DNA of 64,000 nucleotides from an uncultured Pseudomonadales bacterium (lineage in GTDB: Bacteria > Patescibacteriota > Microgenomatia > UBA1400 > MFAQ01). The stretch's first letter is position 1. Every line of letters starts with the position of its first letter. Below the pieces are notes generated by a model. It saw only the letters and a program-made list of their open reading frames with translations, was not told the DNA's origin and did no database searches. Below are positions 37,511-47,498 of the stretch, piece after piece. The DNA lies in assembly GCA_964348455.1 (NCBI GenBank), contig CAYGCQ010000002.1, forward strand, positions 16,121-80,120, in the 5' to 3' direction. A program made the translations under genes and the position numbers.

Positions 37511-37542
37511 AATCCCTCGCTAATAGCGGGGGATTTTTTTGT
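37511..37542 (+). terminator. Rho-independent terminator (atccctcgc-taata-gcgggggat + T7)
   Basis: Stem-loop plus T-run directly after the 37498 stop. Confidence 0.6.
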
Positions 37543-37546
37543 ACCC

Positions 37547-37590
37547 AGGAAACCCCGTACAAGGGTTTGTACTCAAACCTTGTGCGGGGA
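37547..37590. repeat. hairpin repeat family 2, copy 1 (caggaaaccccgtaca-[variable]-tgtgcgggga)
   Basis: Conserved arms ccccgtaca / tgtgcgggg pair with one G-U; palindromic internal loop. Confidence 0.5.
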
Positions 37591-37655
37591 TGAATGGGAA
37601 GAGCATGTCGTCGCCGAAGGCGATGATATGCTGGTAGCATGAAATGAAATACAGT

Positions 37656-37701
37656 CAGGAAACCCCGTACAATGCGGAGCGAAGCGGAGTCTGTGCGGGG
37701 A
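37656..37701. repeat. hairpin repeat family 2, copy 2
   Basis: Same 17-nt left arm and 10-nt right arm as copy 1, different internal sequence. Confidence 0.5.
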
Positions 37702-37716
37702 GGACGTCATTTTCAG

Positions 37717-39108
37717 TTAAAACTCCACCGTAAACATCGCCGCCGAATTTGGGCCAAAGAACTCAGAAGTTTTCCAGGAAGCCGAGGTGGTGGCCACGTT
37801 TAGTGCTCTTGAGCTGCCCATAAAATCTGTTCTAGTAATTTTAAAGTTGCCCTTTGGTAGGTTCTCAAATGTCATCGGAACCGCTTCACCATGCGCACCT
37901 TTTGGATCATAATTCACCACCATTATCTTCATGTTACCTTTTTCATCTACAGAAGAAATGCTCTTCACCCAACTTCCTTCTCCAGCGACGCTGGTCCTAA
38001 ATGGTCCAAGATTATTTAAAAACTGTAACGCGTAATATCTTGGTTTCTTTTCCGGTGTTCCGAAATTTTCATGAGTCAAGATTCCCCATCTACCCCAATA
38101 CTTTTGAGCCCCCGGACCATCTTTAATTTCAAAAAGGAAAGCCCTATCTATCGCACCCATCATGGCTCGAGCTCCTGCTAAAGTATGTATTGCTCCAAAT
38201 TTTGTATCGTAACCGGCTTGAATTTCAGGATCATGGCCCCACTCTGTTACGTAGAACTTTAGATTTACTAGAGCCGGGATATTTTCCGCCCACTTCCTTA
38301 CTTGTTTAGCGTCTTTTTCGTACTGCTCCAGGTCGTACGTATATCTATGCCAGCTCATAAAGTCGAGTCTTAGATTGTTTGCGTCTGCAAATTTGATAAG
38401 CCTCTCCTCCCAATTCTGATAAAGTGCTGTTGTAGCCGGCCCTCCAAGTTCAAAAGAGTTAGTCCCTCTTGCTCTGGCCGCCGCCCTGGCCGATGCTGCA
38501 TACATATCCAAATAGTTCTTGTCACCATAAGTTTTAAAACTTCCAAAAAGGTCTGGTTCATTCCAGACTTCGTAGATTACTTTATCGATATTCTTTTGAC
38601 TTCTACCACTGTAATGCTCAATTGTGGCTTGTACTACTTGCCCCCACAAACCCCAGTCTCTTGCGGCAGAGATCATGTCTCCTGTAGAAATTGCTTGTGG
38701 CATGTACGATAGTGACAGGAAAGGTTTTGCTCCTGTTGATATGATAATGTCCACTGCTTTATCCAGCCCTGACCAGTCGTAGACAAGTTGACCCCCTGAT
38801 TCACTGACTACTTTAAAGGCGTCATAAATATGATCAAGCCTGATGTATTCGGGATTTAAAGCTTTTATTTGCGGCACCACAGAAGCAAGCATTTCTTTTG
38901 GCTCCTCGCCTCCTTGGCCTAAATTTCTCCAAGGCTCAGGCATAACCCCAAGCACTCCTTCATAGTTAAAAACTAAATTAGCAGTTGTTCCTGACGCTTT
39001 TCCTACATATTGTAAAGCAGAGGGGATTACGAGCACCACCAAAATAATTACAAAAAGACTTACTACTAGTGGTACAAGACCTCTGACAATCTCTTTTTTT
39101 GTGGCCAT
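37717..39108 (-). CDS. membrane-anchored glycoside hydrolase (GH5/GH39-like, (beta/alpha)8 barrel)
   Basis: N-terminal TM; IYEVWNEPDL catalytic-acid motif; ...MSWHRYTY...; 463 aa. Confidence 0.5.
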   Translation of the reverse strand: MATKKEIVRGLVPLVVSLFVIILVVLVIPSALQYVGKASGTTANLVFNYEGVLGVMPEPWRNLGQGGEEPKEMLASVVPQIKALNPEYIRLDHIYDAFKVVSESGGQLVYDWSGLDKAVDIIISTGAKPFLSLSYMPQAISTGDMISAARDWGLWGQVVQATIEHYSGRSQKNIDKVIYEVWNEPDLFGSFKTYGDKNYLDMYAASARAAARARGTNSFELGGPATTALYQNWEERLIKFADANNLRLDFMSWHRYTYDLEQYEKDAKQVRKWAENIPALVNLKFYVTEWGHDPEIQAGYDTKFGAIHTLAGARAMMGAIDRAFLFEIKDGPGAQKYWGRWGILTHENFGTPEKKPRYYALQFLNNLGPFRTSVAGEGSWVKSISSVDEKGNMKIMVVNYDPKGAHGEAVPMTFENLPKGNFKITRTDFMGSSRALNVATTSASWKTSEFFGPNSAAMFTVEF

Positions 39109-39159
39109 AATTAACTTTACCTTATTTTAGTAAAGTTTTTAATACGGCTTGACTCGTGA

Positions 39160-39186
39160 TTATCACTCGTGTTATTATTCTGCTAA
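39160..39186 (+). promoter_or_regulatory. degenerate CIRCE-like element (TTATCACTC-N9-TTCTGCTAA) abutting the hrcA start, with a TTGACT -35-like hexamer at 39149
   Basis: 8/9 match to the CIRCE left arm TTAGCACTC, 9-nt spacer, 6/9 match to the right arm GAGTGCTAA. Confidence 0.3.
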
Positions 39187-39915
39187 ATGGATCTTACGGA
39201 AAGACAAATATTAATCATAAAAACCATTGTCGAAGAGTTCACTCAGACAGCCGAGCCCGTTGGTTCTGTTACGCTGGAGAACAAGTATCGACTTGGTGTA
39301 TCCCCAGCCACTCTGAGGAATGAGATGGCAGCTCTTGAAAATCAGGGTTTGCTTTCCCAGCCCCATGCTTCTTCCGGTAGAGTTCCTACCCCCATGGCCA
39401 TCAAGTTTTATGTCCACGAGTTAATGAAAGAGAAGCAGTTATCGGTTGCCGAAGAGGTAAATGTTAAGTCTCGAGTCTGGGATCATCGTCACAACAGAGA
39501 TGATCTGATGAGAGAAGCCACCAAAGTGCTGGCAGAGAGAACAAAAACTCTTTGTGTCGCGGCTACAGATGAGGGTTTAACTTATCACTCCGGCTATGCC
39601 AATATTTTTAACTCTATCGAGTTTGAAAGCCATCTTGATACCACTCGTGAAATCTTCTATTTGTTGGATCAGCAACAGCGTCTCATGGATATGTTTAGTC
39701 GAGCTTCAGGAAACTCTCCCATCCATATTTTAGTTGGCGATGAAATCGGCATAAGTCTTTTTAAGCCGGTCAGTTGTGTCTTTGCCGACATTCACATTGG
39801 CGATCGACGTGGCAGCCTTGGAATCATTTCTTCTAGTCGTCAGGAGTATGATAAAAATATTCCCTTTGTCAGATATATTGCTAATTTAGTCAATCAAATT
39901 GCACAAGAATGGTAA
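39187..39915 (+). CDS. hrcA: heat-inducible transcription repressor HrcA (short form)
   Basis: N-terminal LTERQILIIKTIVEEFTQTAEPVGS wHTH; position upstream of grpE-dnaK-dnaJ. Confidence 0.8.
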   Translation: MDLTERQILIIKTIVEEFTQTAEPVGSVTLENKYRLGVSPATLRNEMAALENQGLLSQPHASSGRVPTPMAIKFYVHELMKEKQLSVAEEVNVKSRVWDHRHNRDDLMREATKVLAERTKTLCVAATDEGLTYHSGYANIFNSIEFESHLDTTREIFYLLDQQQRLMDMFSRASGNSPIHILVGDEIGISLFKPVSCVFADIHIGDRRGSLGIISSSRQEYDKNIPFVRYIANLVNQIAQEW

Positions 39916-40445
39916 AAAAAACAAAAACCCACATCAACAATCCTGATCATCTTGAAACAGCTCAGGAATCACACATTGAAACTCTTGTGAAATTGAAAAA
40001 TCTTCAAGAAAAGTTTGTAGAGCTTGAGGAAAGAGTGGATAGTACCGAAGAAAAATACAAAAGGGTACTGGCCGACTATCAAAATCAATCTCGACGTCAC
40101 AAAGATCAGGAGTCTTCGATTGTTAGAATGGCCTCAGCCATAATAATAGAAAAACTTTTACTAAGTTTAGACTCACTTCAGTTAGCTCAATCTCATCTCA
40201 AGGATAAAGGTCTTCAAATGGTCATTGACCAGTTTCTTTCCGTTTTTTCTGATGAAGGCTTGAGTCAAATCGAGTCCGATGACCAAGATTTTAATCCTTT
40301 AACGATGGACTGTACCGAAGTGGTGCCGGGGAAGAAAGATGTGGTTGTCGAAACTATTTCAACAGGCTATTATCTTCATGACAAAGTTCTTAGACCAGCC
40401 AAAGTCAAGGTCGGTTCCGGCGAAGTTAATACTACAAAACAATAA
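39909..40445 (+). CDS. grpE: nucleotide exchange factor GrpE
   Basis: Coiled-coil N-terminus, C-terminal ...VLRPAKVKVG; overlaps the hrcA stop (ATGGTAA). Confidence 0.8.
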   Translation: MVKKTKTHINNPDHLETAQESHIETLVKLKNLQEKFVELEERVDSTEEKYKRVLADYQNQSRRHKDQESSIVRMASAIIIEKLLLSLDSLQLAQSHLKDKGLQMVIDQFLSVFSDEGLSQIESDDQDFNPLTMDCTEVVPGKKDVVVETISTGYYLHDKVLRPAKVKVGSGEVNTTKQ

Positions 40446-40449
40446 CCAC

Positions 40450-40475
40450 TGTCATTCCTGCGAAGGCAGGAATCC
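40450..40475 (+). repeat. REP-like hairpin repeat, type B (tgtcattcctgc-gaag-gcaggaatcc), 5 nt after the grpE stop
   Basis: Perfect 8-bp stem, conserved flanks. Confidence 0.6.
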
Positions 40476-40530
40476 ATCAAATAAATACATTATTCTGCGT
40501 TAAAAATTAATTAAAAATCAATAAAATAAT

Positions 40531-42435
40531 ATGTCAAAAATAATCGGCATCGATCTCGGAACCACCAACTCAGCAGTTGCTGTTATGGAGGGTGGAGTAG
40601 CCAAAATAATCCCCTCATCCGAAGGCAGAAACACTTTCCCATCCATAGTCGAACCTATTAAAGGTTTGGTTGGCGATGTTGCAAAACGTCAAATGGTTTT
40701 AAACTCTTCCAATACTATATTTAGTGTCAAGAGACTAATGGGTCAAAAATTCAGTGGCAAACAATCACAGAAAACCAAAGAAATCGCACCTTTTGACATT
40801 GTCGAAGGTAAGGATGGGATGGCCGTTATTAACTTGGGAGGCAAAAATTTTACTCCACAAGAAATCTCTGCCAAAATTCTTCAAAAAGCTAAAGCTGACG
40901 CAGAAGCTTATCTCGGCACTACGGTTACTGATGCTGTAATCACAGTTCCTGCATATTTTGATGATTCCCAGCGCCAGGCAACCAAGCAGGCCGGCGAAAT
41001 TGCCGGACTCAATGTCCAAAGAATAGTAAACGAACCGACTGCAGCTGCTTTAGCTTATGGTTTGGATAAGGGGAAAAATGAAACTGTTGTTGTCTACGAT
41101 CTCGGCGGCGGCACCTTTGATGTCTCGATACTTGAGTTAGGTGATGGTGTCTTTGAGGTTAAATCAACCAATGGCGACACTTTCCTGGGAGGCGATGATT
41201 TTGATCGCAGAGTTATTGACTTTATCGTTTCAGAATTCAAAAAAGAATCCGGTGTTGATCTTTCCTTGGATAAACAAGCTCTTCAGAGAATTAAAGACTC
41301 GGCAGAAAAGGCCAAGATTGAACTGTCCAGCGCTACAGAGACAGAGATAAATCAACCCTTCATTACACAAAAAGATGGCCAGCCTCTTCACTTAACCATG
41401 AAGATTACGAGGGCTAAATTAGAAGAGCTTGTTGACGATCTTATCCAAAAAACCATCGAGCCTTGTAAAAAAGCCTTGACTGACGCCAAGCTAAAAAAGA
41501 CCGATATTGCTGAAATTATCCTAGTCGGTGGCATGACACGCATGCCCAAGGTTCAGAAGATTGTGAAGGAATTCTTTGAAAAAGAGCCAAACAAATCTGT
41601 AAATCCGGACGAAGCAGTAGCCCTTGGAGCAGCTATTCAGGGCGGAGTTATCTCAGGAGATGTTAAGGATGTTCTTCTTCTGGATGTCACTCCTCTGACT
41701 CTTGGCATAGAAACTATGGGTAGTGTCATGACTCCTCTAATTGAAAGGAACACAACAGTTCCTTCCAGCAAGTCTCAGGTGTTTTCGACTGCTTCCGACA
41801 ATCAGCCTCAGGTCGAGATTCATATTCTCCAAGGAGAAAGACCTATGGCCTCAGACAACAAGACTCTAGGCAGTTTTGTTCTGGATGGCATTCCGGCAGC
41901 ACCGCGGGGAGTTCCTCAGATTGAAGTTACTTTCGACATAGATGCCAATGGTATTCTAAATGTCTCAGCTAAAGACAAGGCGACAGGAAAAGAACAGAAG
42001 ATCACCATCAAGAACGCTACCAATCTATCTGATGATGAGGTTGAGAAGATGAAGCAAGACGCTCAAAAGTATGCAGAAGAGGATAAAAAGAAAAAAGAAA
42101 TGGTAGACAAGAAAAATGAGGCCGACACTCTGATTCTTCAGACACGTAAGGTCCTTAATGATGCCGGTGACAAATTTGGTGCCGATGCGGCCAAGGAAAT
42201 GACCGATTCACTAGATGAACTGGAAAAAGAAGTTAAAAACGAAAAAGTTACTTTGGAATCTCTTGACGCTAAGTTGAAGGCTTCCACTGAGTTAGTCCAG
42301 AAACACGCCGAGGCTCTTTATAAAGCAGCTGCCGAAAAAGACAAACCAGCCGAAGAAGCCAAAGTCGAAGGTGATGCGACAGGAGCTAAGTCGGAGGATA
42401 CCAAGACAGCTGAAGAGGGAGAGGTTGTAGAATAA
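40531..42435 (+). CDS. dnaK: molecular chaperone DnaK (Hsp70)
   Basis: [32 protein letters not shown] Hsp70 signatures. Confidence 0.95.
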   Translation: MSKIIGIDLGTTNSAVAVMEGGVAKIIPSSEGRNTFPSIVEPIKGLVGDVAKRQMVLNSSNTIFSVKRLMGQKFSGKQSQKTKEIAPFDIVEGKDGMAVINLGGKNFTPQEISAKILQKAKADAEAYLGTTVTDAVITVPAYFDDSQRQATKQAGEIAGLNVQRIVNEPTAAALAYGLDKGKNETVVVYDLGGGTFDVSILELGDGVFEVKSTNGDTFLGGDDFDRRVIDFIVSEFKKESGVDLSLDKQALQRIKDSAEKAKIELSSATETEINQPFITQKDGQPLHLTMKITRAKLEELVDDLIQKTIEPCKKALTDAKLKKTDIAEIILVGGMTRMPKVQKIVKEFFEKEPNKSVNPDEAVALGAAIQGGVISGDVKDVLLLDVTPLTLGIETMGSVMTPLIERNTTVPSSKSQVFSTASDNQPQVEIHILQGERPMASDNKTLGSFVLDGIPAAPRGVPQIEVTFDIDANGILNVSAKDKATGKEQKITIKNATNLSDDEVEKMKQDAQKYAEEDKKKKEMVDKKNEADTLILQTRKVLNDAGDKFGADAAKEMTDSLDELEKEVKNEKVTLESLDAKLKASTELVQKHAEALYKAAAEKDKPAEEAKVEGDATGAKSEDTKTAEEGEVVE

Positions 42436-42452
42436 TCTATAGTCATTGTTTG

Positions 42453-42472
42453 GCCGCCTTCGGGCGGCCATT
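42453..42472 (+). promoter_or_regulatory. stable RNA hairpin with a UUCG tetraloop (ggccgcc-ttcg-ggcggcc) in the dnaK-dnaJ spacer; no T-run
   Basis: Perfect 7-bp GC stem read from sequence. Confidence 0.45.
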
Positions 42473-42490
42473 GCAATCTGGATAATAAAT

Positions 42491-43351
42491 ATGGCAACCA
42501 CACGCGATCTGTACGATATTTTAGGTTTATCAAAAACTGCTACAGCGGCAGAAATAAAATCTGCCTACAGAAAGCTGGCTCTAAAGTGGCACCCCGACAG
42601 AAACAAAGAAAAGGATGCCACTGAAAAGTTTAAAGAGATTAACGAAGCCTATGAAATCTTAAGCAGTCCGGAAAAGAAATCTAAATACGATCAGTTTGGC
42701 CACGCTGCCTTCGGTGGCGGCACCGGATTTAATCCAAATGGTGGAGCTTCCGGCAATCCTTTTTCTTCCTATTACTCTACTGGAGGCAATATCAACTTCG
42801 AAGATCTTTTTGGTGGTCAGGGAGGTTTTTCTGACCCATTTGACATTTTTAGCTCATTTTTTGGTGGCAATGCCGGCGCTGGTAGGAGACAGGCCAAGCC
42901 TCACTACTCTTTAAAGCTTGAATTCATGGATGCGGTCAACGGAACCGAAAAAACTATTGTTCATCAGGGAAAACAATATACCGTGAAGGTTCCGGCTGGT
43001 GTTGATGAGGGTAATCAAATTCGCTACGACCAGTTCGATGTCAGTTTTAACATTAAAGTGAGCCCCACTTTCAAACGACAAGGCTATGACGTCATCATCA
43101 ATCACGAAATTCCTTTTACTCTAGCAATTATGGGTGGAGAAATTGAAGTTCCAACTCTAGAAGGAAAAACCAAACTTCGCATTCGACCAGGCACACAGCC
43201 AGAGTCAGTTCTTCGTCTAACAGGCAAAGGGATCAAGTATCTTCAGTCTAATAAGCATGGCGATCTTTACATCCGTTTTGTCATCAAGATACCATCCAAG
43301 ATATCAGGAAAGCAAAAAGATTTACTCAAAAAATTCGAAGCCCTATCTTAG
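42491..43351 (+). CDS. dnaJ: DnaJ-class co-chaperone, type II (J domain + G/F region + C-terminal domains, no Zn-finger CxxCxGxG repeats)
   Basis: DLYDILGL...YRKLALKWHPDRN J-domain; start set at ATG 42491 (MATTRDLYD). Confidence 0.8.
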   Translation: MATTRDLYDILGLSKTATAAEIKSAYRKLALKWHPDRNKEKDATEKFKEINEAYEILSSPEKKSKYDQFGHAAFGGGTGFNPNGGASGNPFSSYYSTGGNINFEDLFGGQGGFSDPFDIFSSFFGGNAGAGRRQAKPHYSLKLEFMDAVNGTEKTIVHQGKQYTVKVPAGVDEGNQIRYDQFDVSFNIKVSPTFKRQGYDVIINHEIPFTLAIMGGEIEVPTLEGKTKLRIRPGTQPESVLRLTGKGIKYLQSNKHGDLYIRFVIKIPSKISGKQKDLLKKFEALS

Positions 43352-43561
43352 ATGTAAGAAGAGATTCTTGAATAAAAGCGCGTGTTATAATAATCAGGAT
43401 ATGTAATGTTATTTATGGGCGGCGTAGGTCGTCTTTTTTATAATCAAGCACCATAAGGAAGTTACAATCGATGATTAAGAGCAAGTCAGCAAAAAGGCAA
43501 TGAGCAGCCTCTGACTAAACACTATAAAATTACATATATAAAATAAAAATATAAACAAAAC

Positions 43562-44767
43562 ATGGACACACAAACCCTTACCGCTCGTACCGAATTTGCA
43601 GCTGCCATCAATCAAATCTGTTCAGAGAGAGGCATTTCTCCTGAAATCGTTCTAAATGCTATCAACGATGCTCTAGTTGCTTCTTTTAAGAAAGACTATC
43701 CTGAGCAGGCACTCAAGTTTGAGGAAGAAGAATTAATTATTTCGGCTGACGTTGACTCCGAAAACGGTCAGTTCCGCTTATTTTTAGGCAAAGAAGACGC
43801 CAAAAAGAAAGATCTAAAAGAAATCACCCCCCCTGGCTTCGGACGTATCGCTGCTCAAGCAGCCAAGCAGGTTATTCTTCAAACAATCCGCGAAGCTGAG
43901 CGTGAGGCTGTTCTGGCCGAATATCAGGATCACCTGGGAGAGGTTATGACAGGGATGGTCCAACGCATGGATGGTCGTAATGTAGTCATTGATTTAGGTC
44001 GGGGACAGGCTGTGATGCCTATTGATGAACAGGTTCGCACTGAGTTCTATCGCCTCAACTCACGCATAAGTGTATACCTCAAAGAAATTACCGAAACCAT
44101 CAAAGGCAAGCAAATAGTCTGTTCAAGGGCAGATGATAGACTTTTGGCTGGACTTTTCCAGAGAGAAGTTCCTGAGGTGAGCTCGGGTGCCGTAATCATT
44201 AAGGCCATTGCCCGAGAGCCGGGTTCTCGATCCAAAATTGCAGTTGAATCCACCCAATCTGGAGTAGATCCTGTAGGTTCTTGTGTTGGCCAAAAAGGAG
44301 TTCGAGTTCAAGCCGTCATCAATGATCTAAACAATGAAAAAATTGACATAATCCAATACTCTGAAGAAAAAGATAAATTCATAAAATCAGCCCTAGCCCC
44401 GGCCGATGGTTTAAGTATCTCTTTCGACCCAAGGTCGGGCGAAACAACTGTTACTGTTCCAGCTGATCAACTTTCATTAGCTATTGGCCGAGGGGGGCAA
44501 AATGTTAAGCTCGCAGCTAAACTCACAGGCACAAAACTTCGAATAGTCTCAGAGCAAGCCTCTCCTGAATCTGCTATTGTAGTCACAGGAACCGAAGAGT
44601 TCGAGATTGATCAGCTAGATCTGGAAACAAAAGCCAGAAACATTCTAGTTGAAGCCGGTCTCACACACATTGAAGATCTTTCAGAAGAAAAGTTGGACTC
44701 TGTCAAAGGCATTGGCCCCAAAACTCTTGAGAAAATCAAGATCCAGCTCGCTTCATACAAAAGCTAA
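43562..44767 (+). CDS. nusA: transcription termination/antitermination factor NusA
   Basis: S1 + two KH domains (GVDPVGSCVGQKGVRVQAV; LAIGRGGQNVKLA); upstream of infB. Confidence 0.85.
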   Translation: MDTQTLTARTEFAAAINQICSERGISPEIVLNAINDALVASFKKDYPEQALKFEEEELIISADVDSENGQFRLFLGKEDAKKKDLKEITPPGFGRIAAQAAKQVILQTIREAEREAVLAEYQDHLGEVMTGMVQRMDGRNVVIDLGRGQAVMPIDEQVRTEFYRLNSRISVYLKEITETIKGKQIVCSRADDRLLAGLFQREVPEVSSGAVIIKAIAREPGSRSKIAVESTQSGVDPVGSCVGQKGVRVQAVINDLNNEKIDIIQYSEEKDKFIKSALAPADGLSISFDPRSGETTVTVPADQLSLAIGRGGQNVKLAAKLTGTKLRIVSEQASPESAIVVTGTEEFEIDQLDLETKARNILVEAGLTHIEDLSEEKLDSVKGIGPKTLEKIKIQLASYKS

Positions 44768-44776
44768 TTAAATCCT

Positions 44777-46183
44777 ATGCCAGAAAAACTTACGGCCACG
44801 AGACCTCCCGTGGTAACTATCCTTGGACATGTTGACCATGGAAAGACCTCATTATTAGATCGTATCCGACACGCTAAAGTGGCTGCTGGAGAAGTTGGTG
44901 GTATTACCCAAGCCATCGGAGCTTACCAAATAGAATACAAGGGTCAAAAAATTACTTTTATTGACACTCCCGGTCATGCTGCTTTTTCCGCCATGCGTAG
45001 GCGTGGAGGACAGGCTGCTGATGTCGCCATCCTTCTTGTTGCCGCCGATGACTCGGTCATGCCTCAAACAGTCGAATCCATTGAACACATTAAATCTGCT
45101 GGGATTCCTTTTGTTGTCGCTGTAAACAAGGTCGATCTTCCAGGGGTAAATCCTGAGAAGGTCAAGACTGATCTGGCGAGTAATGGGGTCTATGCCGAAG
45201 GTTATGGCGGTAATGTTCCCTTGGTAAACATTTCTGCTAAAACAGGTACAGGTGTTGATGATTTGCTTGAAGTGATTATCCTTTTAGCTGAGCTGGAAGA
45301 ATTAAAAGATAACTCCACGGAGTCTCCTGCTACCGCTCTTGTTATAGAATCGTCTCTTCATCCTCAGATTGGTCCTCTAGCAACATTATTGGTAAAGTCT
45401 GGCATTTTCAAAAAAAATGACGGATTGTTTTTTGGCAAGAAGAACATCGGCAAAATCCGCTCAATGATTGATTACTTGGGCAAAGCTATTATTGAGGCTG
45501 GCCCCTCAACTCCTTTTCAAGTCATTGGGCTTTCTGATGTTCCTAGTGTTGGGGACATTCTCACTGACGCACCGACCTCATCGGTCAAATTAGTTGACTC
45601 CTTAGATTCGGATGCAACTGTAATAAACTCTGACATTCCCAACATCCTTCTTAAGGCAGATGTCCAAGGATCTCTTGAAGCGATAATCGGAACCATCAAA
45701 GACAAAGCTAACATTGTTTATTCAGCCGTTGGGAACATTACGGATAATGATATTCAGACTGCTAGTGCTGCTGGGGCTGAGATTCTTGGTTTCAATGTTC
45801 GGATTTCAAGCTCAGTCACTAAATTGGCAGAAGTCGAAGGCGTCAAATTTTCCAATTTTAAGATTATTTATCAACTCTTTGATTATTTAAAGGATTTACA
45901 AATAAAGAAAACTATTGCTCAAGGTCCAAAAATAATTGAGACCGGCCAGGCAACAGTATTAAAAGTCTTCAATTACGGAGGCACTTTAGTATATGGATGT
46001 GAAGTTACTTCTGGAAAAATAAAACTTGGAGACAAGATTCAAAATTCAAGAATATCCACTTTAAAAATAAATAAAGCTGATGTCCTTGAAGCTAAAAAGG
46101 GTCAAGAGTTCGGTGCTACACTGACTCCGTCCATTGAATTTAAGCCTGGTGATATAATGACGGCTACTACTATAGAAGCCTAA
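44777..46183 (+). CDS. infB: translation initiation factor IF-2 (compact form, 468 aa)
   Basis: VVTILGHVDHGKTSLLD, IDTPGH, NKVD G-domain; domains II-IV present; long N-terminal region absent. Confidence 0.85.
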   Translation: MPEKLTATRPPVVTILGHVDHGKTSLLDRIRHAKVAAGEVGGITQAIGAYQIEYKGQKITFIDTPGHAAFSAMRRRGGQAADVAILLVAADDSVMPQTVESIEHIKSAGIPFVVAVNKVDLPGVNPEKVKTDLASNGVYAEGYGGNVPLVNISAKTGTGVDDLLEVIILLAELEELKDNSTESPATALVIESSLHPQIGPLATLLVKSGIFKKNDGLFFGKKNIGKIRSMIDYLGKAIIEAGPSTPFQVIGLSDVPSVGDILTDAPTSSVKLVDSLDSDATVINSDIPNILLKADVQGSLEAIIGTIKDKANIVYSAVGNITDNDIQTASAAGAEILGFNVRISSSVTKLAEVEGVKFSNFKIIYQLFDYLKDLQIKKTIAQGPKIIETGQATVLKVFNYGGTLVYGCEVTSGKIKLGDKIQNSRISTLKINKADVLEAKKGQEFGATLTPSIEFKPGDIMTATTIEA

Positions 46184-46185
46184 CT

Positions 46186-47160
46186 ATGGAAGACAAAACC
46201 CAGTTTATATCAGCCAAAAAAATCTTCGATTCCGCATCCTCATTTATTGTTGCTCTACCCCCTGACCCCTCTTTAGACATTGTTTCTTCCGGCCTTAGTC
46301 TCCATCTAGCCCTAATTGCTTCCGGGAAAAAATCTCAAATTGGATGTGGCACTCCAGTTCACATTGATCCCAAAATTATCGGTGCTCAGGAAATAGCGGA
46401 CAGTATTGGTGCAAAGAATCTAATTATCTCCTTTGATTATCACGAAGATGATCTCGAAAAAGTAGACTATGATGTTCGTCCTGATGGAAAATTTTATCTA
46501 ATGGTCAAGCCAAAATCTGGCGCTCCAGTTCCAGATGTCAGTAATGTAAAGTATTCCTACTCCGGGGCTCAAGCAGATTTGGTCATAACTTTAGGCATTA
46601 ATTCTCTGGAGGAACTAGGAAAGATATACGCCGACGAAAAAAACTTTTTAGATGAAGGTAAGATTTTAAGTTTAAACATTACCCCCTGGCCTGTCCAGTT
46701 CACCAAAAACATTCTCCACCAAACATCCACCTGCTTTTCAGAGCTTGTAGCGGAACTAATTGAGAAAGTGGATTTAAAAATGTCAGGTGATGCCGCCAGA
46801 AACTTATTACAGTTCATATACGAAGAAACAAAAAATCTTACGAGCCCAAAGATGACAGCCGGAACCTTTTCCTCAATCGCTTATCTAATGAGAAATGGAG
46901 CTAAATTACCAAGCCAGCAGACTTATACTCCCAGGTTTGCTCAGCCAACCTTTTTTGAAGCCCCTCACGCACCGCTCAGCACCTCTGTCATTCCGACCGA
47001 AGTGGAGGAATCTCAAACCACCAATATAGGGGACGAAGAAAATATTCCCATGCCACAGGAAGAGAATAAGCCTTACGTCATACCTCCTTCCAAGCTAACC
47101 GAACAGCCGGTGCCAAACGACTGGACCAAGCCCAAGATCTTCCGCGCAGGCGACCTGTAG
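46186..47160 (+). CDS. degenerate DHH/NrnA-like protein (DHH motif not conserved), with a low-complexity C-terminal tail that reads through a repeat element
   Basis: N-terminal SFIVALPPDPSLDIVSSGLSLHLAL...GK resembles the NrnA architecture but has no H..PD.D. Confidence 0.35.
   Translation: MEDKTQFISAKKIFDSASSFIVALPPDPSLDIVSSGLSLHLALIASGKKSQIGCGTPVHIDPKIIGAQEIADSIGAKNLIISFDYHEDDLEKVDYDVRPDGKFYLMVKPKSGAPVPDVSNVKYSYSGAQADLVITLGINSLEELGKIYADEKNFLDEGKILSLNITPWPVQFTKNILHQTSTCFSELVAELIEKVDLKMSGDAARNLLQFIYEETKNLTSPKMTAGTFSSIAYLMRNGAKLPSQQTYTPRFAQPTFFEAPHAPLSTSVIPTEVEESQTTNIGDEENIPMPQEENKPYVIPPSKLTEQPVPNDWTKPKIFRAGDL
46986..47022 (+). repeat. type A repeat (short variant) embedded in frame in the 3' region of 46186..47160
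   Basis: tgtcattccgaccgaagtggaggaatctcaaaccacc translates as SVIPTEVEESQTT. Confidence 0.55.
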
Positions 47161-47498
47161 TAGGATAATACCCGTAAACCTTGCCCACTGAAAAGGAGTC
47201 TCATAAAATGAGAATTTTGACAAGTTATGAGAACTGGCCTATGAGGTAGAAGAGTTTCCCGAGCCAAATCGCGTTACGAATATTTACTGGATGGGCTTAA
47301 ACACTCCGGATGATAATCTACGACCCACATACGGGCCCTTTTTGTTACAAGAGCTTATATTACACCCGTAGTACAATAATCCATAAATTTGCACGGAGGC
47401 AAAATGAAGATCTTAGTTGTGCGTGAACATTTCAATAACGGAAAGTAGTTGAAGCAGACACTGCAAATAATGTATTCCTAATCCTTGACACTGAGGAT

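Noticed and set aside
40754-41350. ORFs 40754..40939(+), 40765..41019(-), 41141..41350(+) within dnaK, and similar small ORFs inside nusA, infB, pnp, rnj and ftsK
   Set aside because: They overlap highly conserved housekeeping genes whose frames carry unmistakable motifs; they are spurious.
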